This document shows, one piece after another, positions 29,955-42,008 of a stretch of 64,000 nucleotides of DNA. The stretch's first letter is position 1. The number at the start of each line of letters is the position of its first letter. The notes under the pieces were generated by a model. The model was not told where the DNA came from. It worked only from the letters and a program-made list of their open reading frames with translations, and ran no database searches. A program made the position numbers and the translations under genes. Location: the sequence record SRR22947725_2285; one strand, written 5' to 3'.

Positions 29955-31256
29955 TTATGAGACTTTCAAAGGATTATTTTCATGAGTTGTCCAATCAGCT
30001 ACCTCTGATGAAATCTCCTTACCTGTCCTTGGATCAGTTCCGCTTGTCATAGCAACCATTGAAATACAATCTACTACAGGACAAACGCTGACACAAAGAT
30101 TACATCCAACACATTCATCATCATTTACTGTAAAGACTCTATCCCCACTCTCAGTTGAATATTCAATTGCTTGATGTGAAGTATCTTCACAGACGATATG
30201 GCAGCGCCCACACTTTATACATTTATCTTGATCAATAACTGCTTTATCAACGTGATTTAAATTCAAAAATTTCCAATCAGTTACTGATGGGACTGCTTTA
30301 CCAATAAGCTCATCTACCGAATTCATCCCTTTTTCATCTAAAAAGTTACTCAATCCAGTTTTCATATCTTCAACAATTTTAAAACCATAAACCATAGCTG
30401 CTGTACAAACCTGAACATTACTTGCACCTAAAGCAATAAAATCTACTGCATCTTTCCAGGTCGACACTCCCCCAATGCCTGAAATTGGTAAGTTTTTAGT
30501 TTTTTCATTTCGTGCTATTTCTGCAACCATATTCAACGCAATTGGTTTTACAGCCTCACCACAATAACCTCCATGCGTTCCCATACCGCCTGTAGTAGGA
30601 AACATAGTCAAGCTGTCATAATCAACCCTCATAATTGAGTTTATAGTATTAATTAATGAAACTGCGTCTCCACCACCTTCAAAGACTGCTTCCGCAGGAT
30701 AAATTACATCAGTTATATTTGGAGTAAGCTTAACAATCACAGGCACTGTGGCGTACTTTTTGCACCATTCGGTTGCTTGTTTTATATATTCTGGAACTTG
30801 CCCAACTGCAGCACCCATGCCGCGCTCTGACATTCCATGTGGACATCCAAAATTGAGCTCAAAGCCATCAATACCTGTATCTTCAATAATAGGTATATGC
30901 TTTGCCCAAGATGCCTCATTCATCGGAAACATAACGGATGCGACTACAGCTCTATCGGGCCAGTCTCTTTTTACTTGACGCATTTCCTTAAGATTAACTT
31001 GAAAAGGGCGATCAGTAATTAATTCAATATTATTAAAACCAATAACACGTCGATCATTACTCATCATTGTTGTGTATCTTGGACCATTAACATTCACAAT
31101 ATGAGGATCCTCACCCAAAGTTTTCCATGAAACCCCACCCCAACCTGCTTCAAAAGCACGATTGACGTTATATGCTTTATCTGTAGGTGGCGCTGAAGCC
31201 AACCAAAAAGGATTAGGTGACTTAATTCCCAAAAAATTACTAGTTAAATCTGCCAT
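29955..31256 (-). CDS. preA: Dihydropyrimidine dehydrogenase subunit with FMN and Fe-S
   Basis: PFWLASAPPT, NNIELITDR, ELNFGCPHGM, C-terminal 2x[4Fe-4S] CxxCxxC motifs. Confidence 0.95.
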   Translation of the reverse strand: MADLTSNFLGIKSPNPFWLASAPPTDKAYNVNRAFEAGWGGVSWKTLGEDPHIVNVNGPRYTTMMSNDRRVIGFNNIELITDRPFQVNLKEMRQVKRDWPDRAVVASVMFPMNEASWAKHIPIIEDTGIDGFELNFGCPHGMSERGMGAAVGQVPEYIKQATEWCKKYATVPVIVKLTPNITDVIYPAEAVFEGGGDAVSLINTINSIMRVDYDSLTMFPTTGGMGTHGGYCGEAVKPIALNMVAEIARNEKTKNLPISGIGGVSTWKDAVDFIALGASNVQVCTAAMVYGFKIVEDMKTGLSNFLDEKGMNSVDELIGKAVPSVTDWKFLNLNHVDKAVIDQDKCIKCGRCHIVCEDTSHQAIEYSTESGDRVFTVNDDECVGCNLCVSVCPVVDCISMVAMTSGTDPRTGKEISSEVADWTTHENNPLKVS

Positions 31257-31257
31257 A

Positions 31258-32622
31258 TTAAGCTCCTTGCCTAAGCGTTTCGTTTATTGAAATTGCCGCT
31301 AGTTTGCCATCTTGAACTGCTGATACAGTTAAATTATCTCCATCAAGAATGCAGTCCCCACCTGCCCATACTTTGGTCAATGAAGTTTTACGATGTTCAT
31401 CTACAACAATCCTACCTTTTTCTAGCTCTAAGCTATTATCAGTCAAACCCTCGGTAACTAATTTTTGTCCAATTGCCTTAAATACAACGTCTGCTTTCAA
31501 TGTAAGGTTTTCTCCAGTTGCCTTTGTGCTTCCATCATTTTGTGATTTCATAACATCAAACTCCATTGCAGAGACATTACTTTCATCAGCTATAAGCTGC
31601 TTAGGTGATAAATTATACTGAATTTGAACATCATGTTTTTTTGCCAGAGCCTGCTCATATTCACTCGCTGCCATTGCATTTTTACCTCTTCTATAGGCAA
31701 TAGTAACTTGCTCAGCACCTAATAATTTACTTTGAACTGCAATGTCTATTGCTGTCATGCCCCCACCAATCACAACAATATTTTTCCCAACCATCAGTTC
31801 GTCTTTATTGCTGGTTTGTCTTAAATTAGCTATATACTCAACTGCATCTATAACGCCTGCAATATTTTCATTGTCAAGATTTAATTGGTTGACCGTACCT
31901 AGGCCACATCCTAAAAATACAGCATCATATTGCTTTTGAAGATCTTCAAGAGTGATTTGTTTTCCTAACTCCATCCCAGTTTCAATATTTATGCCACCAA
32001 TATCTAGAATGTAATCAAGCTCTTGTTGTGCAAAATCATTAGTAGATTTATAAGCTGCAATGCCATACTCATTTAAACCTCCTAGCTTATCTTTAGCATC
32101 ATAAACTGTAATTTTATGACCCAAAACTGCTAAACGATGCGCACATGATATGCCAGCTGGTCCAGCACCAACGACTGCGATTGACTTTCCTGTATTCTCT
32201 TCCCTAGAAAATAATTGCACTCCATTATTTAAAACTGCGTCAGTTGCATAACGTTGCAATAATCCAATTTCGACAGGTTTTTCTTCATGATCATTTCGAA
32301 CACAGGCCTGTTGACAGAGCTCTTCAGTTGGGCAGTCACGAGCACACATACCTCCAAAAATATTTTCACTTAAAATTTTCTCAGCTGCTCCAGTTAAATT
32401 GTCACTCCTGATACTTTGTATAAAACCTGGAACATCAATATCTGATGGACAGGCCTTAGTGCATGGAGCGTCGTAACAAAAATAGCATCGATCAGCTTCA
32501 ATTAATGCCTCTATTGGAGTTAAAGGAGAATGAAGGTCTGAAAAATTATCTTCTATTTCTTTTTTACTGAGGCGATGTGACTTGATATTCAATCCCTCAC
32601 TTTTTATTTTGTTATTACTCAT
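31258..32622 (-). CDS. preT: Dihydropyrimidine dehydrogenase FAD/NAD(P) subunit (GltD-like)
   Basis: EADRCYFCYDAPC..ACP, GAGPAG, GGGMTAID, AGGD. ATG 32622 with GGAGG RBS. Confidence 0.92.
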   Translation of the reverse strand: MSNNKIKSEGLNIKSHRLSKKEIEDNFSDLHSPLTPIEALIEADRCYFCYDAPCTKACPSDIDVPGFIQSIRSDNLTGAAEKILSENIFGGMCARDCPTEELCQQACVRNDHEEKPVEIGLLQRYATDAVLNNGVQLFSREENTGKSIAVVGAGPAGISCAHRLAVLGHKITVYDAKDKLGGLNEYGIAAYKSTNDFAQQELDYILDIGGINIETGMELGKQITLEDLQKQYDAVFLGCGLGTVNQLNLDNENIAGVIDAVEYIANLRQTSNKDELMVGKNIVVIGGGMTAIDIAVQSKLLGAEQVTIAYRRGKNAMAASEYEQALAKKHDVQIQYNLSPKQLIADESNVSAMEFDVMKSQNDGSTKATGENLTLKADVVFKAIGQKLVTEGLTDNSLELEKGRIVVDEHRKTSLTKVWAGGDCILDGDNLTVSAVQDGKLAAISINETLRQGA

Positions 32623-32641
32623 ATTTTCCTCCGAAAAATAA

Positions 32642-32657
32642 TTGACCATTTGGTCAA
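32642..32657. promoter_or_regulatory. RutR operator
   Basis: TTGACCATTTGGTCAA exactly matches the RutR consensus TTGACCAnnTGGTCAA, 20 nt upstream of preT. Confidence 0.85.
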
Positions 32658-32696
32658 GTTAAATATGTAGTTACACAATTAAAAATTAATTAAATT

Positions 32697-34145
<1,449 letters not shown>

Positions 34146-34167
34146 CTACAAGAAATTAGATTTTATA

Positions 34168-35175
34168 TTATGATCCAAATGCAGCATCCCAGACCTTATG
34201 AGTCCAAGCACCGACTGGCTCGCCATTAATTACTGGATCAGAATCACTACCAAGTAAAGTATCAACTGTACGTTGGTAATCGTTAACATTTAATTTACCG
34301 CCATTTGCAGTAAGTTTATTAACTTCGCCCATCATACGACGCTGATGCTTTTCAGTTTGAGCGCCACTCATGTCATTTTCAAGCACGATATCGGCAGCAG
34401 CATCAGAATTATTTGAAGCCCACTCCCAACCTTTCATGCTAGCACGAAGGAAACGCGCAGCTTTATCAACAAAAGCAGGATCAGTTAGGTTTTCTTCCAA
34501 GACATACAATCCATCTTCAAGTGTTGAAACACCTTGCTCATCATATGGGAAAACTACTAGCTCATCGGCTGAAAGTCCACCATCAATAACTTGCCAATAT
34601 TCATTGTAAGTCATTGTTGACACGCAATCTGCTTGCTTTTGAAGAATTGGCTCTATCCCCCAGCCTTGCTTCAATACTGTCACTCCACCAGCGCTTCCAT
34701 CAGTTGCCATATTAAGCTTACTCATCCAGCTCAAAAATGGATACTCATTACCGTAGAACCAAACTCCTAGAGTCTTATCTGCGAAGTCAGAAGGCGAACT
34801 TATGCCCGAATCTTTTCGACATGTAAGCATCATTCCAGAGCTTTTAAATGGCTGTGCTATGTTTACAAGGTTAAGCCCTTTTTCTCTAGATGCTAATGCT
34901 GCTGGCATCCACTCAATAAGAATATCTGCACCACCGCCTGCCATGACTTGTGGAGGCGCTATATCGGGTCCACCTGACTTAATTGTTACATCTAAGCCCT
35001 CATCATCATAGTAACCATTTTCTAATGCAACATAATAGCCTGCAAATTGAGCCTGAGTTACCCACTTCGTCTGAAGGGTAAATTTATCACCTGCTTGTGT
35101 ATTAAAGCTCAAAGCTATAAGCATAGTAGAGCAAATTGCAGCTAATATCGTTTTACTTTTAAATATTTTCATCAT
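34168..35175 (-). CDS. ABC substrate-binding protein (NMT1/THI5-like), probably pyrimidine
   Basis: Signal peptide, KWVTQAQFAGYYVA, MTYNEY, operon context. Confidence 0.85.
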   Translation of the reverse strand: MMKIFKSKTILAAICSTMLIALSFNTQAGDKFTLQTKWVTQAQFAGYYVALENGYYDDEGLDVTIKSGGPDIAPPQVMAGGGADILIEWMPAALASREKGLNLVNIAQPFKSSGMMLTCRKDSGISSPSDFADKTLGVWFYGNEYPFLSWMSKLNMATDGSAGGVTVLKQGWGIEPILQKQADCVSTMTYNEYWQVIDGGLSADELVVFPYDEQGVSTLEDGLYVLEENLTDPAFVDKAARFLRASMKGWEWASNNSDAAADIVLENDMSGAQTEKHQRRMMGEVNKLTANGGKLNVNDYQRTVDTLLGSDSDPVINGEPVGAWTHKVWDAAFGS

Positions 35176-35213
35176 TTCTCCTTTATTTTAAAAATAATAG
35201 TACTTGCCCATAA

Positions 35214-36347
35214 CTAGCTTTTTCGCATCGATGGATGCCAGAAAGTTAATTTTCTTTCTAAGAGAGCAAATACTCCATAAAACATCGAACCAGTAACAGC
35301 AGCAACCGCAATTGTTGCCCATACAATATCGATATTCATTCGGCCAACTTCTGCCGAAATTCTAAATCCCATTCCTACAATGGGTGTTCCAAAAAATTCT
35401 GCCACTATAGCTCCAATCATAGCGAAAGTTGAGTTAATTTTCAATGCATTAAGAATAAAAGGCATTGCATTTGGTAGTCGCAAACTAAAAAGTTCTCGCC
35501 AGTAACTTGAAGCATAAGTGTGTAATAAATCCCGATCAATCCTGTCAGTTTCATTAAGACCGCCTAAGGTATTTACCATCATTGGGAAAAAAGTCATTAT
35601 GGCAACAACAGCCGCTTTTGACTGCCAGTCAAAACCAAACCACATTATCATAATTGGAGCCATGCCAATAATTGGTATCGCGCTAAAGAAGTTTCCAATT
35701 GGAATTAATCCACGCCTTAAAAATGGGATTTTATCTGCTGCAATTGCAACGAGAAATCCTGCACCACTTCCCATAATAAAGCCAGGAATTGCTGAACGTA
35801 CAAAAGTTTGATAAAAATCAGCAAATAAAGTAGCACCAAACCCATCAAATACTTGCCAAATAAGACTTGGTGCAGGTAATAACACCTGTGGAACGGACAT
35901 ACCTATAGTAACAACCTCCCATAGAAAAAATATCCACGCACCAAATAAAACTGGAATGATTATAGTTAGAAATAATTCTATTAATTTATTCTTCGGCTTT
36001 AAAGCTGATAGTTGAACTAAGTTATTCCATGTTAGAAACCACAATGCACTTACCAAGAACCAGGCATCCACACCCATAACTACCCCCTTTTCGAATGAAT
36101 GTATTAAATTTAATACAGACCAAGCTCCAGAGAATAAGGCTACAAAACAAATAGATAAAATAACTAATCCTTGTTGACGAATGATAAAAAATAATAAACT
36201 GACAGTTGCAATAATAATCACAATAAAAGGATTAAGCGCATAGTCATTTATTTCATTAAACTGCAACGAAATAAAAGAGGCGATTGAAAAAATTAGACAT
36301 AGCAATCCACTTAAGGGACGCGACCTTATTAATGCCAGGAAATTCAT
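35214..36347 (-). CDS. ABC permease (NitT/TauT type)
   Basis: LLPAPS, WFGF...SK, LRLP.A.P, GAIVAEFFG. Confidence 0.88.
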   Translation of the reverse strand: MNFLALIRSRPLSGLLCLIFSIASFISLQFNEINDYALNPFIVIIIATVSLLFFIIRQQGLVILSICFVALFSGAWSVLNLIHSFEKGVVMGVDAWFLVSALWFLTWNNLVQLSALKPKNKLIELFLTIIIPVLFGAWIFFLWEVVTIGMSVPQVLLPAPSLIWQVFDGFGATLFADFYQTFVRSAIPGFIMGSGAGFLVAIAADKIPFLRRGLIPIGNFFSAIPIIGMAPIMIMWFGFDWQSKAAVVAIMTFFPMMVNTLGGLNETDRIDRDLLHTYASSYWRELFSLRLPNAMPFILNALKINSTFAMIGAIVAEFFGTPIVGMGFRISAEVGRMNIDIVWATIAVAAVTGSMFYGVFALLERKLTFWHPSMRKS

Positions 36348-37243
36348 ATTTGCAGCCCCATACGATTATTAACTGCACTCTCCATTCTTCCAACTAAGGT
36401 AACTAGAGTTGCAGAAATCACTGAAGCGGTTATCAGGGCAGCCCAAATAAGACTGGTTTGTCCGTAATATGAGCCAGATAATAGGCGCGCACCTAAGCCG
36501 CCTTGAGCACCTGCTGGAAGCTCAGCTACAATAGCACCAACAACACTCAGAGCAATGGCTACTTTTAAACTGGCAAATAAATAAGGAAGAGACGCAGGAA
36601 GACGTAATTTCCAAAAAACCTCAACCTTTGATGCTGAATAACTGTTCATTAGATCTACCAAGATAATACTTGGTGACCGTAAACCTTTAACCATACCAAC
36701 AACAACAGGAAAAAAACAAAGATAGGTTGAGATCATTGCTTTTGGAACTAAGCCAATAATACCCATTGAACCCAACACAACAACAATCATCGGAGCAATT
36801 GCCAGAATTGGAATAGTTTGAGATGTAATTATCCAAGGCATCAAGGTTCGATCCAGTGCTGCCACATAAACAATACCTACTGACAAGACAATACCAAGAA
36901 AGGTGCCCATTACAAAGCCAACCATTGCAGAAGATAAAGTGACTCCAGAGTGGTAAACCAAACTCCTGGGTGAAGTGATCTTCTTATCCCAAATTGTTTT
37001 CTTTAACTCCTTTGCAATTTGATGGGGTGATGGCAAAACAGGTCGTTCCATCGACCAAGAGTCTGAGACTAATTCTGAAAAAGTCCAATCTATATTATTT
37101 TTTTCATATCTGTCAATTAAAAAGGAGCTATTTAAATAAACAGCTCCCGCATACCATATCATAATAATAGCGGTTACCAGAATCATCACAGGACCAATAG
37201 TTCCTCCTACAATCATACTGAAAAGCCTATTAGCTTCCATCAC
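36344..37243 (-). CDS. ABC permease (NitT/TauT type)
   Basis: SQTIPILAIAP, KLRLPASLP, GAIVAEL. Confidence 0.88.
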   Translation of the reverse strand: MMEANRLFSMIVGGTIGPVMILVTAIIMIWYAGAVYLNSSFLIDRYEKNNIDWTFSELVSDSWSMERPVLPSPHQIAKELKKTIWDKKITSPRSLVYHSGVTLSSAMVGFVMGTFLGIVLSVGIVYVAALDRTLMPWIITSQTIPILAIAPMIVVVLGSMGIIGLVPKAMISTYLCFFPVVVGMVKGLRSPSIILVDLMNSYSASKVEVFWKLRLPASLPYLFASLKVAIALSVVGAIVAELPAGAQGGLGARLLSGSYYGQTSLIWAALITASVISATLVTLVGRMESAVNNRMGLQI

Positions 37244-38039
37244 TGTGTCCTTCTTTGAGTCCCTCTCTTACAAGTTGAGAAACCTTTAAGAATTCTTTTG
37301 ATTCACGAATATCAAGATTTCTATCTTTTGGAAAATTGGTTTCAATGACATTTATAATTTTTCCAGGACGGGCAGACATTACTACAATCTTAGTAGACAA
37401 GAAAACAGCTTCAGGAATTGAGTGAGTAACAAATACAACTGTTTTCTGAGTTTGCTCCCATAACCTTAACAGCTCTTCATTTAAACGATCACGAGTTATC
37501 TCATCCAGCGCACCAAATGGCTCATCCATAAGGAGCATATCAGGACTAAAACTCAAAGCACGTGCAATGGATACGCGTTGCTGCATACCTCCAGATAATT
37601 GCCAGGGATATTTTTTTTCAAATCCTGTTAAACTGACTAAAGATAAATACTCCTGAGAAAGTTTTTTTTGCTCTGATTTTGAGTAGCCAGACATCTCAAG
37701 CGGTAGATGGATATTTGACTCAATATTTCGCCAAGGCAAAAGAGCTGGAGTTTGAAAAACATAACCATAAGAGCGATCTAAGCGAGCTTGATGTGGGGAC
37801 TTACCTTCAACGGTTATTGAGCCACTTGTTGGCTTTTCTAGATCAGCTATGACACGTAACAATGTTGTTTTTCCGCAGCCACTGGGACCAATCATAGAAA
37901 CAAAATCACCAGCCTCAACTTTCAAGTTAATGTCAGAAAGAGCATGGACCGGCTCTGTTTGTGTCTCAAATGTCAGAAATAGATTGTTAATATCTATCGT
38001 TGAAGATTCAGAAACCTTAGAGCTTGAGGACTTACCCAT
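37230..38039 (-). CDS. ABC ATPase (NitT/TauT type)
   Basis: GPSGCGKT, LSGGMQQR, MDEPFGALD, TH. Confidence 0.93.
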   Translation of the reverse strand: MGKSSSSKVSESSTIDINNLFLTFETQTEPVHALSDINLKVEAGDFVSMIGPSGCGKTTLLRVIADLEKPTSGSITVEGKSPHQARLDRSYGYVFQTPALLPWRNIESNIHLPLEMSGYSKSEQKKLSQEYLSLVSLTGFEKKYPWQLSGGMQQRVSIARALSFSPDMLLMDEPFGALDEITRDRLNEELLRLWEQTQKTVVFVTHSIPEAVFLSTKIVVMSARPGKIINVIETNFPKDRNLDIRESKEFLKVSQLVREGLKEGHSDGS

Positions 38040-38040
38040 A

Positions 38041-38913
38041 TTATTTATCTGTTAACCTTCCATATAGGTCACTACGCCTATCTCTAAAAAATTGCCAAGT
38101 GTCTCTCACTTCTCGAACCATATCTAAGTCAATATCATGAACTAAAAGCTCATCATCGCCATAACTTGCCTGGGCTTCTATTTGCCCGCGTGGATTTACA
38201 ATGTAGCTTGATCCATAGAATTCACCCATTTGCTTTGCCCACGGCTCTTCTGTACCAACACGATTTATAGCTCCAATAAAAACACCATTTGCTGCTGCTG
38301 AGGCTGGTTGCTCCAGCTCCCATAGATATTTACTTAATCCAGCAACAGTAGCAGAAGGATTGACAATATATTCTGCGCCATTTAATGCTAATGCTCTCCA
38401 TCCCTCAGGAAAATGCCTATCGTAACAAATATAAACCCCTAACTTAAGATAAGCCGTATCAAATACTGGGTATCCCAGATTTCCAGGTTTAAAGAAAAAT
38501 TTTTCGTAAAAACCAGGTGCAACTTGAGGTATGTGAGTTTTTCGATATTTACCTAAAAAACTTCCATCTGCATCAATAACTGCTGCAGTATTGTAATAGA
38601 CTCCTGACATTTCCTCTTCATAGATAGGAACAACAATAACCATTTGGTGTTTTTTAGCATATTCCTGCATCAGCTTAACTGTAGGTCCATCAGGAATCGA
38701 CTCCGCAGCTGCATACCATTTTTTATCTTGACTTGGACAAAAATATGGCTGCGTAAAAACCTCCTGAAAACATAGAACTTTTACTCCTTGTTTTGCAGCA
38801 TCCTCTATCATTGGGATATGGGCCTCAATCATTAAATCACGAATTTTTTCTGGTGACATCGTACCATCACCTTTTAAACCCATTTGGATTAGTCCACACT
38901 TTACCTTACTCAT
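38041..38913 (-). CDS. Nitrilase-family beta-ureidopropionase
   Basis: QE.F..PYF, YRK.HIP, ICYDRHFPE (E-K-C triad). First gene of the pyrimidine operon. Confidence 0.88.
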   Translation of the reverse strand: MSKVKCGLIQMGLKGDGTMSPEKIRDLMIEAHIPMIEDAAKQGVKVLCFQEVFTQPYFCPSQDKKWYAAAESIPDGPTVKLMQEYAKKHQMVIVVPIYEEEMSGVYYNTAAVIDADGSFLGKYRKTHIPQVAPGFYEKFFFKPGNLGYPVFDTAYLKLGVYICYDRHFPEGWRALALNGAEYIVNPSATVAGLSKYLWELEQPASAAANGVFIGAINRVGTEEPWAKQMGEFYGSSYIVNPRGQIEAQASYGDDELLVHDIDLDMVREVRDTWQFFRDRRSDLYGRLTDK

Positions 38914-38960
38914 TCGATTCCTCCTTTTTCCGATTTACTTTATAGAACTTCTGATAAGTT

Positions 38961-39010
38961 CTTGACTAACTAGACAGGCTACATATTTTTTTAACAATTG
39001 TCAACTTTAA
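38961..39010 (-). promoter_or_regulatory. Sigma70 promoter with overlapping RutR-like box (copy 1)
   Basis: Minus strand TTGACA-17 nt-TAGCCT, with TTGACTAACTAGACAG (+ strand) overlapping -10/+1. Confidence 0.7.
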
Positions 39011-39054
39011 TTGCCATCCTATTTTGCAATATAGTTCAACTTGATATTTAAACT

Positions 39055-39082
39055 AAAAAAGGGCTTCCTTAAGAAGCCCTTT
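39055..39082 (-). terminator. Intrinsic terminator after mmsA
   Basis: Minus strand AAAGGGCTTC-TTAAG-GAAGCCCTTTTTT. Confidence 0.85.
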
Positions 39083-39104
39083 AGAGTTGAATTATTAAAG
39101 CTAT

Positions 39105-40595
39105 TTAGGATGGGAAAGAAAAGTTAACACCCTCTCTAATACTTGATGATGGCCATCGCTGAGTGATAGTTTTTCTTCGTGTGTAGAACCTCACACTGTC
39201 AGGTCCATAAGCAGCTAAATCACCAAACATTGATTGCTTCCAACCTCCAAAGCTATGTTGGGCAGCTGGGACAGGAAGTGGGACATTGATACCAACCATA
39301 CCAACTTTTATTTGGTCACTAAAATACCTTGCAGCTTCACCATCTCGAGTAAAAATACATGTGCCATTACCGTATTCATGTTCGTCAATTAAATCTATTG
39401 CTTGTTGCATTGTTTCTACTCTGACAACTTGTAATACTGGTCCAAATATTTCTTCCTTATAAGACTTCATTGAAGCTTCTACACTATCTATCAAAGTACC
39501 ACCAACATAAAACCCATTTTCACAACCTTTGACATCAACGCTTCGACCATCAACAATAATAGCTGCGCCTTGTTCTTCTGCACTAGATATGTAGTGCTTA
39601 ACTTTTTCCATATGCTCTTTAGTTATGAGTGGCCCAAAATCATTATTGCTATTGTCAAAATTACCAACTTTTAGATCATGCATCTTAGATTTCAAGCCAG
39701 CAATTAGATTGTCAGCAGTCTCTGAACCAACCGCTACAGCAACTGAGATTGCCATACAACGTTCTCCACTTGAGCCAAATGCTGCTCCTATTAGGGCATT
39801 TACTGTATTTTCCATTTCAGCATCCTGCATCACAATGGCATGATTTTTCGCGCCGCCCAGTGCTTGGCATCGTTTATCATGCGCAGTAGCTGTTTGGTAT
39901 ATATATTTAGCAATAGGGGTAGAACCAACAAAACTTACTGCTTGCACCCTTTCATCTGTTAGCAGAGTATCTACAGCTTCTTTCCCCCCATTAACTACAT
40001 TCAGCACTCCTTTTGGTAGTCCAGCTTCATTTAATAATTGAGCAACGAATAAAGCTGCAGAAGGATCTCTTTCAGACGGCTTTAATATAAAGCAATTACC
40101 ACAGGCGATTGCCATTGGATACATCCACAATGGAACCATTGCGGGAAAATTAAAGGGAGTAATACCTGTAACAACACCTAAGGGCTGAAACTCACTCCAT
40201 GAATCAATATTGCTAGAAATATTTTTGCTGTGTTCACCTTTTAGGAGTTGTGGTGCATAGCAAGCATATTCAACATTCTCTATACCTCTAGTAATTTCCC
40301 CAAGTGCATCATGAGCAATTTTTCCATGCTCTTCTCCGATTAGTTGAGCAATTTTATCAATATTTTTTTCTAATAAATCCTTGAACCGGAACATAATTCT
40401 AGCACGTTTAAGTGGAGGCGTTGCACGCCACTCTGGAAAGGCTTCCTGAGCAGCTTGAATAGCTTTTTCAGTTGTAGTTTTTGAAGCTATTTCTACTTGC
40501 TTACTAACATCACCAGTCGACGGGTTATATACGTCTTGAGTAGGGTCACCCATTGACACAACTTCACCATTAATGAGGTGCTTTACTAATTTCAT
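39105..40595 (-). CDS. mmsA: CoA-acylating (methyl)malonate-semialdehyde dehydrogenase
   Basis: ITPFNFPAMVPLWM, KPSERDP, GGAKNH, GERCMA, GINVP.PVP. Confidence 0.93.
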   Translation of the reverse strand: MKLVKHLINGEVVSMGDPTQDVYNPSTGDVSKQVEIASKTTTEKAIQAAQEAFPEWRATPPLKRARIMFRFKDLLEKNIDKIAQLIGEEHGKIAHDALGEITRGIENVEYACYAPQLLKGEHSKNISSNIDSWSEFQPLGVVTGITPFNFPAMVPLWMYPMAIACGNCFILKPSERDPSAALFVAQLLNEAGLPKGVLNVVNGGKEAVDTLLTDERVQAVSFVGSTPIAKYIYQTATAHDKRCQALGGAKNHAIVMQDAEMENTVNALIGAAFGSSGERCMAISVAVAVGSETADNLIAGLKSKMHDLKVGNFDNSNNDFGPLITKEHMEKVKHYISSAEEQGAAIIVDGRSVDVKGCENGFYVGGTLIDSVEASMKSYKEEIFGPVLQVVRVETMQQAIDLIDEHEYGNGTCIFTRDGEAARYFSDQIKVGMVGINVPLPVPAAQHSFGGWKQSMFGDLAAYGPDSVRFYTRRKTITQRWPSSSIREGVNFSFPS

Positions 40596-40609
40596 TTCTT
40601 CATTCTCCT

Positions 40610-41929
40610 TTAATGTAATTCTTTAATTGAGTCAGATATTGCTCCAATAACATCCTTTATTTGTTTCTCGGAAACAATAAATGGCAGTCCTAATTGAATG
40701 GTATCTCCACCATATCTGACATAGAAACCTTTATCCCAACATTTCATTGCAATTTGGTAGGGTCTCAATGCGGGTTCATTTTTAGCAGATTCAACAGTAA
40801 TTCCACCCGCAAGTCCATAATTTCGAATATCTGCAACATATTGCAAACCTTTAAGGCTATGGAGTTCTTTCTCAAATATAGGGCTCATCTTTTTAACCCG
40901 CTCAATCAAATTTTCATTCTGTAGAATATCTAAACTAGCAATGGATGCAGCACAGCCTACAGGATGAGCAGAATATGTATAACCATGGAATAATTCAATC
41001 AAATAATTTGGTGCTGATGTATCCATAAAGGTTTCATAAATACTATTATTAACTACCACCCCACCAAGCGGTTGACTGCCATTACTAACTTGTTTTGCAA
41101 AAGTCATTATATCTGGAGTAACTCCAAATGCTTCTGCTCCTGTCTTCGCCCCCATACGTCCAAAAGCAGTTATCACTTCATCAAAGATTAATAAAATATC
41201 ATTCGAATCGCAAATTTTACGTAGCCTCTTAAGATAACCTATTGGAGGAGGAAATACTCCGGCAGAACCCGCCATCGGCTCAACAATAACTGCAGCAATA
41301 TTCGAGGCACCATGTAGTAATATTTTATTTAATAATTCATCCGCTAAATGCTCTCCAACTTTTGGCTGACCTTTGCTAAATGTATTTTCTGGCAGAACAG
41401 TTGATTGTAAATGATCAGCCTCAATGCCTTGCCCAAACATTTCTCTATTAGGACCAATACCGCCAACACTAATCCCTCCAAAATTAACTCCATGGTAGCC
41501 CTTGATTCTTCCAATCAGACGAGTTTTACCAACCTTACCTTTCTGCCTCCAATAAGCTCGAGCAATTTTTAGTGCACTATCCACTGCCTCTGAGCCAGAA
41601 CAAGTAAAAAAGACACGATCTAAGTCTTTTGGAGTAAATTTAATAATTTTATTTGCTAACTCAAATGATTTTTCATGTCCAAATTGAAATGCAGGGGAGT
41701 AATCTAAAGTCTCAATTTGTTTACTAACTGCTTCAATAATTTCAGGGCGTGAATGTCCCGCACCGCAAGTCCATAAACCTGAAAGACCATCAAATATTTC
41801 CCTTCCTTTATCATCTGTAAAGTAAGTCCCTTTAGCAGATACTATCATTCGTGGATTTGCTTTAAATTCCCTATTTCCACTATATGGCATCCAGTGGGCA
41901 TCATAAAATTTAGAATTGTTTTTATTCAT
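40610..41929 (-). CDS. Omega-amino acid (beta-alanine):pyruvate aminotransferase, BauA-like
   Basis: HWMPY..NR.FK, DGLSGLW, YSPAFQFGH, FDEVIT.FGR, HGYTYSAHP. Confidence 0.9.
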   Translation of the reverse strand: MNKNNSKFYDAHWMPYSGNREFKANPRMIVSAKGTYFTDDKGREIFDGLSGLWTCGAGHSRPEIIEAVSKQIETLDYSPAFQFGHEKSFELANKIIKFTPKDLDRVFFTCSGSEAVDSALKIARAYWRQKGKVGKTRLIGRIKGYHGVNFGGISVGGIGPNREMFGQGIEADHLQSTVLPENTFSKGQPKVGEHLADELLNKILLHGASNIAAVIVEPMAGSAGVFPPPIGYLKRLRKICDSNDILLIFDEVITAFGRMGAKTGAEAFGVTPDIMTFAKQVSNGSQPLGGVVVNNSIYETFMDTSAPNYLIELFHGYTYSAHPVGCAASIASLDILQNENLIERVKKMSPIFEKELHSLKGLQYVADIRNYGLAGGITVESAKNEPALRPYQIAMKCWDKGFYVRYGGDTIQLGLPFIVSEKQIKDVIGAISDSIKELH

Positions 41930-42008
41930 TTACATACTCCCATTTACTGAGGATTGAGACAATACTATTACAATTTAGATTCATAACTAGTTGTTAGTTT
42001 TTACATTA

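Noticed and set aside
32623..32649. Upstream ATG for preT
   Set aside because: Lies inside the RutR box. ATG 32622 has a GGAGG RBS.
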